In this document: in pieces, positions 9,015-18,672 of the stretch | Position numbering within the stretch: the stretch's first letter is position 1 | Layout: every line of letters begins with the position of its first letter | NCBI GenBank assembly: GCA_015064065.1 | Contig: SVSY01000002.1 | Location: 1-57,589, forward strand | Direction: 5' to 3' | From: Oscillospiraceae bacterium | GTDB lineage: Bacteria > Bacillota > Clostridia > Oscillospirales > CAG-272 | DNA: 57,589 nt | Program-made: the position numbers and the translations under genes | Notes under the pieces: model-generated | Database searches by the model: none | Seen by the model: the letters and a program-made list of their open reading frames with translations, nothing else | What the model was told of the DNA's origin: nothing

Positions 9015-9863
9015 TCAAATATCCTCCTTATCGCAAAGTGCCGCCCCGATAACAGTTGCAAACTGCGAACGCTCGGGGATTATAAATCTTATATCAAACA
9101 GCTGTTCGAGTCCCTCAAACACCTCTGCTATTGCCTTTATTGCCGTCAGATTTCCCGTCAGCACCACGTCTCTTATTCCAAAGCTCCTTGCCGCAAAAAC
9201 TGCGAGCATAGCTATAGTTTCTCCCACCATATTGGCAATTCCGAGAGCAATATCGTTCTGAGTTGCCATATCCGAGAGCTTTCCGAAGTTCGATGCGGTT
9301 ATCTCGTCGTTTATCTGGAAGGTATGGTCGCTTGACATATCCTTGATGCGAAGATCGACGTTAGAAAGATCTCCGCCCTTGCAAAGCTGTTCAAGATGCT
9401 CGATGGTATCAACGCCTATCATCCTTCTTGAAAGCCCGAGCAGAGTTCCGCCTCCAACACCCGTTCCGCCGAGATACTTGGTCTCGGTATGCTCACCAAC
9501 GCGCTTTGCGTACATAATAGCAGTGCCCGTGCCCATACTTACGACTATAGCCTCGTCAAGTCCCGACAGATAAAGTCCTCCGTTACCCACGGAATTGAAT
9601 TCTGACACCTTTTCGCATCTGAGCGAATACAAGGGCTTATCAATAAAGGACGAACCGACTCCCGTCATAAGAACGCGGTCTATATCCTCAAGAGAAAGAT
9701 TGTTCTGCATAGTAAATTTACCGAATGCACCGTACACCGACGTTATCGCGTCTGTAGCGCGCACGAATATCGGCTCGATAAGCTCCGTATGAGTGCCTTC
9801 GGTGCGGATACCGACTATCTTAGTCGTGCTTCCGCCAATATCTATACCTATAACGGTCCTCAT
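9015..9863 (-). CDS. coaW: type II pantothenate kinase-like (fumble/CoaW family, ASKHA fold)
   Basis: GIDIGGSTTKIV, SMGTGTA, GGTGVGGGTLLGLS, ITASNFG and the C-terminal ATVIGAAL line up by eye with staphylococcal-type CoaW. Confidence 0.65.
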   Translation of the reverse strand: MRTVIGIDIGGSTTKIVGIRTEGTHTELIEPIFVRATDAITSVYGAFGKFTMQNNLSLEDIDRVLMTGVGSSFIDKPLYSLRCEKVSEFNSVGNGGLYLSGLDEAIVVSMGTGTAIMYAKRVGEHTETKYLGGTGVGGGTLLGLSRRMIGVDTIEHLEQLCKGGDLSNVDLRIKDMSSDHTFQINDEITASNFGKLSDMATQNDIALGIANMVGETIAMLAVFAARSFGIRDVVLTGNLTAIKAIAEVFEGLEQLFDIRFIIPERSQFATVIGAALCDKEDI

Positions 9864-9917
9864 TTCTCTTCCTCCTATTTTTCAATAATATTAAATCGTA
9901 AACATTATAACATATTA

Positions 9918-9946
9918 TTGAAAAAAAATCAATAATGTGGTATAAT
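9918..9946 (+). promoter_or_regulatory. sigma-A promoter with extended -10 for the HAD hydrolase gene
   Basis: TTGAAA (9918-9923), a 17-nt spacer, and TGgTATAAT (TATAAT at 9941-9946). Confidence 0.5.
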
Positions 9947-9976
9947 ATTTAAAAATATATTTTAAGAGGTCTTACT

Positions 9977-10804
9977 ATGCAATTCAAAAACCCCAATACC
10001 GACATAATAAAGGATAAAAAGCTTTACGTATTCGATATGGACGGAACTATATATCTGGGCGGTATCCCCTTCGATTTTGCCAAGAGATTTATAAAAAATC
10101 TCCGTCAGAACGGCAAGCGCGTGCTCTTCTTTACAAACAATGCTTCCCACACCTCCCCTTTCTATCAAAAAAAGCTCGAGCGTCTCGGATTTGAGCCGAG
10201 CGAGGACGAGATAATGACATCGGGCGACGTAACGCTTGAGTTTTTAAAGAGATACCGCGCGGGAAAATCGGTATATATGGTAGCTACCGACGAGCTCGTC
10301 GAGGAATACGCCGCTAAGGGCATAAAGCTCGTAAACGGCGAAGCAGATCCGAGAGAGGCTGACATAGTTATCACGAGCTTTGACACCTCGCTTACCTACG
10401 AAAAGCTCAATATCGCTTGCCGACTCATAAGAAACGGCGCTGAGTATCTCTCTACCCACCCCGATTTCAACTGTCCCACCGAGGACGGATTTATTCCCGA
10501 CAGCGGAGCTATCGCCGCTCTCGTTACGGCATCTACAGGCAAGACTCCCACCTATTTCGGCAAGCCCTACAAGGAAACTATCGAAATGATAGGCGAGGCG
10601 ACGGGCTTTGACAACAGCGAGATGTGCATATTCGGCGACAGACTTTACACCGACATCGCGCTCGGCAAGAGCTTCGGCGTTACTTCTATCCTCGTTCTTT
10701 CGGGCGAGACCACCGAAGAGGACGTAGACACGGCTCTTCCCAAGGACAAGCCCGACTTTGCATTCGCTTCGCTCGACGACGTCGACAAGCTTATGTTTTC
10801 ATAA
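9977..10804 (+). CDS. HAD-IIA family phosphatase (NagD-like)
   Basis: FDMDGTIY (DxDG nucleophile motif), FFTNNAS, and the C-terminal GDRLYTDI motif. Confidence 0.8.
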   Translation: MQFKNPNTDIIKDKKLYVFDMDGTIYLGGIPFDFAKRFIKNLRQNGKRVLFFTNNASHTSPFYQKKLERLGFEPSEDEIMTSGDVTLEFLKRYRAGKSVYMVATDELVEEYAAKGIKLVNGEADPREADIVITSFDTSLTYEKLNIACRLIRNGAEYLSTHPDFNCPTEDGFIPDSGAIAALVTASTGKTPTYFGKPYKETIEMIGEATGFDNSEMCIFGDRLYTDIALGKSFGVTSILVLSGETTEEDVDTALPKDKPDFAFASLDDVDKLMFS

Positions 10805-10825
10805 CCTTGTCCAAAGGAGAAAAAT

Positions 10826-12583
10826 ATGGCTTTTGATGCAGGAATGCTGTCCTGTACGCTATCGGAGATATCAAAGACCGCGCTTGGCGCAAGGATCGAA
10901 AAGGTCTATCAGCCCGAGCGCGACGAGATAATTCTGCAGATGCGTAGCTTTGAGGGCGGCAAGCGTCTTTTGATAAATGCAGGTTCTAACAATCCGCGTA
11001 TAGGATTTTCAGAAATACCGAAGGAAAACCCGCAAAATCCACCTATGTTCTGTATGCTTCTGCGAAAGTATCTTCAGGGCGCAAAGCTTATCGAGATAGA
11101 ACAGGCAGACTTCGACCGAGTTGCCTTTCTCTGCTTTGAAACGCGCGACGAGATGGGCTTTGAGTGCCGCAGATATCTTATCGCCGAGCTTATGGGAAAA
11201 TACAGCAATCTTATTTTTGCCGACGGCGACAAAAAAATAATAACTGCGCTAAGGACCGCGGACTTTTCCTTTGACAGCGTTCGTCAGCTCATACCGGGTA
11301 TGGTCTACGAGCTTCCCGCCGCGCAGGACAAGATAAACCCGCGCTACGTCACAAGAGAAGAGTTCTCGCGCTTTTTTGAGAATGCCCCCCGCGAGCGTGC
11401 CTGTGATAAGCTCATCGTATCGACCTTTTGCGGAATAGCCCCCGTCGTCGCACGTGAGATAGTTTTCGGCGCAACGGGACATACCGACACTCCCGTCGGA
11501 TATTGCTTTGAGGACGACCTCTGGAGAGAATTTTCCAAGGTACAAACCGCAATAAATGAAAAGGAATTTTCGCCCTGCCTTATACTCAACGGAGACGAAA
11601 GCGTTGAATACTCCTTTATACCGCTCTATCAGTACGGCTCGTACGAAAAAAGAGATTTCGAGAGCGCGGGAGCTCTGCTCGACACGTATTTTGAAAGCAG
11701 AGACAACAAGCAAAGAGTGCATCAGCGCGCGTCGGATATTCTCCGCCTGCTGACTAACGCCGAAACGCGAATAAGAAAAAAGCTCGAGCTTCAGCGAGCA
11801 GAGCTTCTTGAGTGTGCCGAGGGTGACAGATACCGAAAATTCGGCGATATGATAACCGCAAACCTCTACCGCCTGCCGCAGAAGGCAAGCTTTATCGAGG
11901 TAGATGACTACGAGGAGATGGACGAAGAGGGCAACTGCCCGACGCTTCGCATAGAGCTCGACAAGCGTATGTCGGTATCGGCAAACGCACAAAGATTTTA
12001 TAAGAAGTATGCAAAGTCAAAAACCGCTAAGGTAGAGCTTGCAAAGCAGATAGAGATAGGCGAAGGCGAGCTCGAATACGTCTACACGGTATTCGAGGCA
12101 CTGACAAAGGCGGAATCTCCCGCCGATCTTGCAGAGATACGTGACGAGCTATACCGCTCGGGATACGCTTCAAAAATGAAGAATTATTCGGCGCACAAGC
12201 AAAAAGCACCCGTCGTTATGCAGTTCGAGACCCCCGATGGAATGACCGTTCTGTGCGGAAAAAACAATATTCAGAACGAATATATCACGCACCGTCTTGC
12301 CGAGAAGCACGACTATTGGTTCCACGCGCGCAAGACCCCCGGCTCACACGTTCTCCTCGTTACCGAGGGGCGCGAGCCTACCGATCTTGACTTCACGACC
12401 GCCGCCGAGATAGCCGCGTTTTACTCCAAGGCAGAGGGCGACAATGTGGGCGTAGACTATCTTCTTGCCAAGCACGTAAAAAAGCCCGCAGGCTCAAAGC
12501 CGGGCTTCGTTATCTACCATACTAACTGGACGGCGTACGTAACTCCGAACGCAGATAAAATAGCATCTCTGCGAAAAAAATAA
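10826..12583 (+). CDS. rqcH: ribosome quality-control factor RqcH (NFACT / FbpA family)
   Basis: 585 aa. It has the N-terminal NFACT-N (MAFDAGML...I.KVYQPERDEIILQ), a central coiled coil, and a C-terminal NFACT-R (HDYWFHARK.PGSHV). Confidence 0.8.
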   Translation: MAFDAGMLSCTLSEISKTALGARIEKVYQPERDEIILQMRSFEGGKRLLINAGSNNPRIGFSEIPKENPQNPPMFCMLLRKYLQGAKLIEIEQADFDRVAFLCFETRDEMGFECRRYLIAELMGKYSNLIFADGDKKIITALRTADFSFDSVRQLIPGMVYELPAAQDKINPRYVTREEFSRFFENAPRERACDKLIVSTFCGIAPVVAREIVFGATGHTDTPVGYCFEDDLWREFSKVQTAINEKEFSPCLILNGDESVEYSFIPLYQYGSYEKRDFESAGALLDTYFESRDNKQRVHQRASDILRLLTNAETRIRKKLELQRAELLECAEGDRYRKFGDMITANLYRLPQKASFIEVDDYEEMDEEGNCPTLRIELDKRMSVSANAQRFYKKYAKSKTAKVELAKQIEIGEGELEYVYTVFEALTKAESPADLAEIRDELYRSGYASKMKNYSAHKQKAPVVMQFETPDGMTVLCGKNNIQNEYITHRLAEKHDYWFHARKTPGSHVLLVTEGREPTDLDFTTAAEIAAFYSKAEGDNVGVDYLLAKHVKKPAGSKPGFVIYHTNWTAYVTPNADKIASLRKK

Positions 12584-12594
12584 GAATATAACGA

Positions 12595-12633
12595 GCAGTC
12601 TTTGCATCATATTCGCAAAGGCTGCTTTTCTTT
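12595..12633 (+). terminator. rho-independent terminator after rqcH
   Basis: Stem gcagtctttgc/gcaaaggctgc with a 9-nt loop, followed by TTTTCTTT. Confidence 0.65.
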
Positions 12634-12664
12634 CATATTGTATCATAAAAAAGCACTAAATCTG

Positions 12665-12693
12665 TTGACAAAAAACGTTTTTTGTAGTACAAT
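12665..12693 (+). promoter_or_regulatory. sigma-A promoter for the ABC exporter pair
   Basis: TTGACA (12665-12670), a 17-nt spacer and TACAAT (12688-12693). Confidence 0.55.
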
Positions 12694-12741
12694 AATCCTT
12701 GTGTGTCATTATGTTATAAAATATTATAAGGAGGCAAAAAA

Positions 12742-14547
12742 TTGATATTCGGCAAACATATAAACCGATACTACCTTAAGTATTCGCCGCTTCTCATTTT
12801 GGGCCTGATAGCTCTCGTTATAGTCGACTATATGCAGCTCGTTATCCCCGAGCTTTACAGAATGGTCATCAACGGAGTCAAAACAGGTGCGGTCACGGTA
12901 GATGGAGTCAGCCATACGTTCGACATCGTTTTTCTTCTTGATAAGATATGCCTGCCTCTCCTTTTCGTCATACTCGGTATGGTCTTCGGACGCTTTTTGT
13001 GGCGAGTATGCTTCTTCAGCGCGGGAATAAAGCTCGAATCCGATCTTCGCAGCCGTATGTTCGATCGCTGCAAGGACCTTTCCCAGCAATATTATCAGGT
13101 CAATAAGGTCGGAAACCTTATGTCGCTTTTCACCAACGACCTTGATACCATTCAGGAGTGCTTCGGTTGGGGAATTATGATGTTCTTCGACGCGGCGATC
13201 CTCGGCGTTCTGTCATTTATAAAAATGTTCAAAATGGACGCAACTCTTACCCTGCTCTCTATGATACCTATGGTGCTTCTGCTCGTTTGCTCAATAATCG
13301 TGGGCGAATATATGGGCAAGAAGTGGGAGGAAAGACAGGCGGCTTTCTCCGAGCTCTCGGATTTCTCGCAGGAGACCTTTGCGGGAATAGCGGTCATCAA
13401 GGCCTTCGTAAAGGAGACCCACGAGCTGCTTCAATTCAAGAAGATAAGCAAGAAAAACGAGGATATCAACGTAAGCTACACCAAGCTCTCTATGCTTCTC
13501 CACGTTTCTCTCACCCTCTTTATTGAGTCGATAACCTGCGTTATACTCGGCTACGGCGGATATATCGTATGGAAGGGCGGCTTTGACGCGGGACAGCTCG
13601 TTGAGTTCATCGGCTATTTCACAACTATAATCTGGCCCGTTATGGCGGTCTCCGAGCTTATCGGTATGCACGCACAGGGCAAGGCATCGCTCAAGAGAAT
13701 AAGCGAGCTCCTTAACGCAAAGTCCGATGTTGTAGATAACGGCGACGTCGTTCCCTGCTCTGACATCAAGGGAGACATAGAGTTCAAAGGTCTTTCCTTT
13801 ACTTACCCCGACGGAAGCGACGAGGTCCTCACCGACGTATCCTTCAAAATAAACGCAGGAGAGAACGTTGGCATTATCGGACGTACGGGCTCGGGTAAAA
13901 CTACGATAGTAGACCTTATACTCAGGACCTACAACGTGCCCGACGGAACGCTGTTTATCGACGGAAAGGATATAAATACCATTCCGATCAAGGACGTTCG
14001 CGCCGCGGCAGCATACGTTCCGCAGGATAATTTCCTCTTCTCCGATACTATTGAAAACAACATCGCCTTTGCGACCGACAACGCCGAGCACGACGGTGTC
14101 GTAAATGCGGCAAAGCTTGCAGACGTTCACGAAAACATCGAAGGCTTCTTGGAAAAATACCAAAGCGTTCTCGGAGAACGCGGAGTTACCGTCTCGGGCG
14201 GTCAGAAGCAAAGAATTTCTATTGCTCGTGCGCTTATGAAGAATGCATCGATACTTATTCTCGACGACTCGGTCTCCGCGGTCGACGTAAATACCGAAAA
14301 GGCGATACTTTCTAATCTTCGCGACACGCGCAAGGGCAAGACCACCATGCTGATAGCGCACAGAATAAGCACGGTTGAAAATATGGACAAGATAATCTAC
14401 GTCGAAGGCGGCAGAGTGAGTGCCGTCGGCACTCACTCAGAGCTTTTGCGCGATTGCGAGAGCTATCGAAATCTCGTTGAGCTCCAGCGTCTTGACGATG
14501 CGGGCGAGGACGCCGTCGTAGAGGAAGGGGGTATTCAAAATGCATGA
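12742..14547 (+). CDS. ABC exporter half-transporter (TMD-NBD fusion), subunit 1 of a heterodimeric pair
   Basis: TTG start 7 nt after AAGGAGG. It has six predicted TM helices and an NBD with Walker A GRTGSGKTT, signature VSGGQKQR and Walker B ILILDD. Confidence 0.85.
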   Translation: MIFGKHINRYYLKYSPLLILGLIALVIVDYMQLVIPELYRMVINGVKTGAVTVDGVSHTFDIVFLLDKICLPLLFVILGMVFGRFLWRVCFFSAGIKLESDLRSRMFDRCKDLSQQYYQVNKVGNLMSLFTNDLDTIQECFGWGIMMFFDAAILGVLSFIKMFKMDATLTLLSMIPMVLLLVCSIIVGEYMGKKWEERQAAFSELSDFSQETFAGIAVIKAFVKETHELLQFKKISKKNEDINVSYTKLSMLLHVSLTLFIESITCVILGYGGYIVWKGGFDAGQLVEFIGYFTTIIWPVMAVSELIGMHAQGKASLKRISELLNAKSDVVDNGDVVPCSDIKGDIEFKGLSFTYPDGSDEVLTDVSFKINAGENVGIIGRTGSGKTTIVDLILRTYNVPDGTLFIDGKDINTIPIKDVRAAAAYVPQDNFLFSDTIENNIAFATDNAEHDGVVNAAKLADVHENIEGFLEKYQSVLGERGVTVSGGQKQRISIARALMKNASILILDDSVSAVDVNTEKAILSNLRDTRKGKTTMLIAHRISTVENMDKIIYVEGGRVSAVGTHSELLRDCESYRNLVELQRLDDAGEDAVVEEGGIQNA

Positions 14548-16432
14548 GTTATATCCTCTTTTGATACTCGGAGCTATAATCGGAGTATTTACCGCTATAT
14601 TCGTATTCGCATACGTCTTTATGAAGGACAAAAAGGAAGCTATAGGCTTTGACCGAAACATGAAGGACAGCGAGATAATAAAGCGTCTGCTCGTGTACGC
14701 AAAGCCCTACACCAAGAGCTTTATCGTAGTCTTCCTGCTTATGCTCTTCTCCATCGCACACGAGATAATCTCCCCGCTCATTATGGGTCAGGTCATCGAA
14801 ACGATAGGGGCGGCAGACGGTTTTGAGCTATCCTATCTTATCTCGGCAATAATACTTTATGCCGTTATACTTATCGTATCTCTGATTTGTACCTATCTGC
14901 AGTCGATAATACTGCAAAAGACAGGTCAGCGCATAGTTTCCAATATGCGTGAGGACCTCTACGAGCACATTCAGAGCCTCTCTCACAATCAGCTCAACAA
15001 AATACCCGTCGGCACGCTCGTAACGCGTGTGACGAACGATACGAACGCGATATCCATTACCTTTACGAACATAATCGTAAATCTTCTCAAGAATTTCTTC
15101 ATAATCATCGGCGTGCTTGCGGCTATGCTTCTGCTCAATTATATGCTCACGCTGATGGTGCTCTGCTTCGTTCCCTTCGTTGTGATATTTGCATTCATCT
15201 TCCGCAAATTCTCGCGAAAAGCACACCGCAAGGTAAAAACGGGAACGACCGATATCAACATCTTCCTTTCCGAAAACCTTTCGGGTATGAAGATAATTCA
15301 GATATTCAACCGCGAGGAGCGCAAAAAGCAGGAATTTGAGAGCAAGAACCAAACGCTCAAAAAAGCAAAGCTCGGTCAGATGTTTGTTTTCGGTATATTC
15401 AGACCTATGGTATATATGCTCTATATCTCTTCGGTGCTCTGTCTGTTCTATCTCGGAGCGCGCGGATATATCGACGGCTGGGTATTCTTGGGTCAGACGG
15501 TGACCAGCGGCGTTATCGTTTCCTTCTACTCCTATATCAACAAGTTCTTCAACCCGATACAAAACCTTGCCGAGCAGTTCAACAGACTTCAGGCTTCGTT
15601 TGCTTCGGCTGAGAAGATATTTACTATCTTCGATATAGTTCCCGAGGTAGTAGACGAGCCCGACGCTATCGAACTCGAGCAGGTTGAGGGCAATATCGAA
15701 TTCCGCAACGTATGGTTCTCCTACCTGCCTGACGAGTGGGTACTTCGCGACGTTTCCTTTAAGGTAAACGCGGGCGACACGGTAGCCTTCGTCGGTGCAA
15801 CGGGCAGCGGAAAGACAACTATCCTCTCACTTATATGCCGAAATTACGACATACAGAAGGGTCAGATACTCATTGACGGAATAGACATCAAGAAGATAAA
15901 GATCTCCTCTCTGCGCCGCCATTTCGGTCAGATGCTTCAGGACGTATTTCTCTTCTCGGGCACTATCCGCTCCAACATAATCCTCGGGCTTGAGGGAGTT
16001 GACGACGCCGAGATAAACAAGGCTTGCGAGTACGTCAACGCGGATAAGTTTATCAATAAGCTTCCCGACAAGCTCGACGAGGTAGTCCGTGAGCGCGGCA
16101 ACAACTTCTCGGCAGGTCAGCGTCAGCTTCTCTCCTTTGCGAGAACGATAATCCACAAACCCTCGGTAATGATACTTGACGAAGCTACCGCAAATATCGA
16201 TACCGAGACCGAGGTGCTAATACAGGATTCGCTCGAAAAGATGATGAACATAGGCACTATGCTTATGGTCGCACACAGACTCTCGACCATTCAGCACGCA
16301 GACAATATCATCGTGCTCTCGCACGGCGAGATAGTCGAGCAGGGCAACCACGCAGAGCTTCTCAAGCAAAAGGGCAGATATTACAAGCTCTATACGCTTC
16401 AGTATCACAAAGAAAAGCTCCAAGGAAAATAA
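14540..16432 (+). CDS. ABC exporter half-transporter (TMD-NBD fusion), subunit 2
   Basis: It overlaps the upstream gene by 8 nt. Walker A is GATGSGKTT, the signature is FSAGQRQL and Walker B is VMILDEAT. Confidence 0.85.
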   Translation: MHELYPLLILGAIIGVFTAIFVFAYVFMKDKKEAIGFDRNMKDSEIIKRLLVYAKPYTKSFIVVFLLMLFSIAHEIISPLIMGQVIETIGAADGFELSYLISAIILYAVILIVSLICTYLQSIILQKTGQRIVSNMREDLYEHIQSLSHNQLNKIPVGTLVTRVTNDTNAISITFTNIIVNLLKNFFIIIGVLAAMLLLNYMLTLMVLCFVPFVVIFAFIFRKFSRKAHRKVKTGTTDINIFLSENLSGMKIIQIFNREERKKQEFESKNQTLKKAKLGQMFVFGIFRPMVYMLYISSVLCLFYLGARGYIDGWVFLGQTVTSGVIVSFYSYINKFFNPIQNLAEQFNRLQASFASAEKIFTIFDIVPEVVDEPDAIELEQVEGNIEFRNVWFSYLPDEWVLRDVSFKVNAGDTVAFVGATGSGKTTILSLICRNYDIQKGQILIDGIDIKKIKISSLRRHFGQMLQDVFLFSGTIRSNIILGLEGVDDAEINKACEYVNADKFINKLPDKLDEVVRERGNNFSAGQRQLLSFARTIIHKPSVMILDEATANIDTETEVLIQDSLEKMMNIGTMLMVAHRLSTIQHADNIIVLSHGEIVEQGNHAELLKQKGRYYKLYTLQYHKEKLQGK

Positions 16433-16548
16433 TCGGGACTGCTTCATTCAAGTACAGAAGTCGTGTTCTTCGTTTTCTCGGCGTACGCGGCTGAAAACAC
16501 ACATAAAAATGAATTTTGAGAGCCTCGTCTCGAAAAATTCTACAAAAA

Positions 16549-16590
16549 AACCGCTCTTGTTATCGGATTTGATAGCAAAAGCGGTTTTCT
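16549..16590. terminator. bidirectional terminator between the convergent ABC exporter (+) and the 16641-32065 operon (-)
   Basis: A roughly 14-bp stem ccgctcttgttatc/gatagcaaaagcgg with loop ggattt, an A-run upstream and a T-rich run downstream. Confidence 0.6.
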
Positions 16591-16640
16591 CTTTTGTTTT
16601 ATTTTTGTGTGTTTTTGCGCTGAATGAAACAGCCCCTTTT

Positions 16641-18659
16641 TTATAGATCGTCGTAATATATGACCGCCAAATGTCCCTTGACCATCTCTATCTGGTAATT
16701 GTGCGTCATATCTCTTCCAAGATTATCGGTTATCTGACAGTAGGTTATGAAATTATCTACCGTGTATCCGTCCTCAAGACCCTCAACACACTCTATAACA
16801 CCGTTGCACCTTGCCGTGAGCGTATGCCCGCCGAGCAATGCACCTTTTGTAATATTGACCTCGTCACTTCTATATACAGCATCCGCCTTGTAATTAAATA
16901 TCTTATCCACGGCGCTAACACTCAGTACCTTAGGAGTAACGGTAAGAACTGCATGATCGGGGTTTGCGGACGCATCGGATCCGACGAATACAACGGGATA
17001 ATCCACTCCGTCTATCTGCGCGCGGCACGTATGAGCTAACTCGTTGAGCTGCCCGAGCGTATAAGTGCCCGAATCGGTAAGCGATACGTTTATATGGCTG
17101 TAATCGATAGTAACCTTTCCTTCCGCTATCGGCACGCATACGTCTTTGAGATCAACGCTTATCTTCTTGCCGCTGTAAGTCTTCGTCGTAGGGTATACCA
17201 TCACGCAAAGCTGAGGGCCCTGCTTGACGTTAAGCGTTCCGTATTGATATCCCTGTATAGTAAAATTATTAGTGACGACCTCGCCGTTAGACAGGGTTAT
17301 ACGCGTGAGGGATTCATCGCAGGTGTTTTTCGTACGTCCTATCATCGTTATCGTCGGATTTCCCGATATTGTCACATTATGATTTACCGCAAGGTCAGTA
17401 TTCGAGATTATCCACGCCTCTTTGTTTGAGAGCGGTCTGCCGTCCCATTCCTTTTCGGAAGATCCCGTGGCTATCGTTATCGGGCACTTATTCACGGTTA
17501 TCTCGCCGAAATCGACTTTTATGTCATAATTGTCACTTACTTCATTTCCATAAGAATTTACGACCGAAAAGTACATTTCATTTTTGTACGGTGCTCCGTC
17601 CTCAGAGACCGTTTTTACAGATCTGTAACTCAATATCTTCAAGGAGTCTCCATAAACCAGATCGCCCTTGAGAATTTTGTAATTTGGGAAGGTACGCAGC
17701 TTTCCGTCGTAGGTAAACTCTGCACTTTCGGTCTCTATATATAACGGTCTCGGTGTTATTTCCAAGGTAGCGCTTATCACTTCGATATTATACAAAAAAG
17801 TAACGTTTTCCCGCATAGAGTCATATATAGTGACGTTAGCCGGCGCAAGCTCAAGCTTTTGCACGTCAACTATCGAAGAAGAATTCTGTTCTATGAGCAG
17901 AATATCTCCGTCTACCAAAGTTCCCTGCGTGATATCGTACAGACTTCTGCTATCAAGAGGCAGACCGTCGTATACTTTTTTTGCACTCTTCATTTCTATT
18001 CGAAGGATCTCGCTTCTGCGTGATATATTCACCTGCTTCGGCAGAGCATCTATATCGTAAGCGCCGGTCACGTACTCACCCTCGGAATTGACGATAGCAA
18101 GATTCATTATGTTCGGGGTCGCCACGGCAGTAGCTATACTTTCGTGCATACTGCCAAGCAGGTCCGTTCTGTGATAAGAATCCACGGAAAACCGTACGCC
18201 TTTTACGGTATCTCCCTTAGCAAGTCCCTCAAAAAGAGGTGTTGGCTTATCGCCGTAGACTAAGGTATTCTCCTTGCAGACTATAGAGAGCTTTCCTCTC
18301 TTTATGACAAACGCGAATTCGTCACCGTAATTTCGGTTTCCGAAGCTATCCAGCGCAAATGCTCTTGCCCTGTACTCTCCCGGCATATTCGGTTGCTCAT
18401 CGGTCCAGCTCGAATTATCGGCAGAATATTCAAATCTCACGCGGCCGAAAAAGGCTTTTCCGCCAAAGTCAAGCTTTTGTCCGTATTCAAATACGTCGTG
18501 TGTTTCGACCGAAATTATCGTCCCCTTCATAACGGTGATAGCGGTAACGACCGCCGCGAGAGCCGCCGTACACAGAAGGATAGGCACAATGTGTCGCCAA
18601 AGAACTGCTAATACCGAAGCGACTTTTTTTATTTTATTTTCATAGGCTTCGTATTGCAT
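16641..18659 (-). CDS. single-pass membrane protein with about seven MBG-like (YDG/YGD-motif, Ig-like) repeats; last gene of the operon
   Basis: An N-terminal signal-anchor (IVPILLCTAALAAVVTAITV) is followed by repeated ~85-aa modules, each carrying a Y-[DG]-[GD] motif (LVYGDKP, KVYDGLPL, FTYDGKL, KEWDGRPL, KTYSGKK) and a later NY.I motif. An AAGGAGGG RBS lies 13 nt after the upstream stop. Confidence 0.6.
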   Translation of the reverse strand: MQYEAYENKIKKVASVLAVLWRHIVPILLCTAALAAVVTAITVMKGTIISVETHDVFEYGQKLDFGGKAFFGRVRFEYSADNSSWTDEQPNMPGEYRARAFALDSFGNRNYGDEFAFVIKRGKLSIVCKENTLVYGDKPTPLFEGLAKGDTVKGVRFSVDSYHRTDLLGSMHESIATAVATPNIMNLAIVNSEGEYVTGAYDIDALPKQVNISRRSEILRIEMKSAKKVYDGLPLDSRSLYDITQGTLVDGDILLIEQNSSSIVDVQKLELAPANVTIYDSMRENVTFLYNIEVISATLEITPRPLYIETESAEFTYDGKLRTFPNYKILKGDLVYGDSLKILSYRSVKTVSEDGAPYKNEMYFSVVNSYGNEVSDNYDIKVDFGEITVNKCPITIATGSSEKEWDGRPLSNKEAWIISNTDLAVNHNVTISGNPTITMIGRTKNTCDESLTRITLSNGEVVTNNFTIQGYQYGTLNVKQGPQLCVMVYPTTKTYSGKKISVDLKDVCVPIAEGKVTIDYSHINVSLTDSGTYTLGQLNELAHTCRAQIDGVDYPVVFVGSDASANPDHAVLTVTPKVLSVSAVDKIFNYKADAVYRSDEVNITKGALLGGHTLTARCNGVIECVEGLEDGYTVDNFITYCQITDNLGRDMTHNYQIEMVKGHLAVIYYDDL

Positions 18660-18672
18660 ATGCCCTCCTTTT

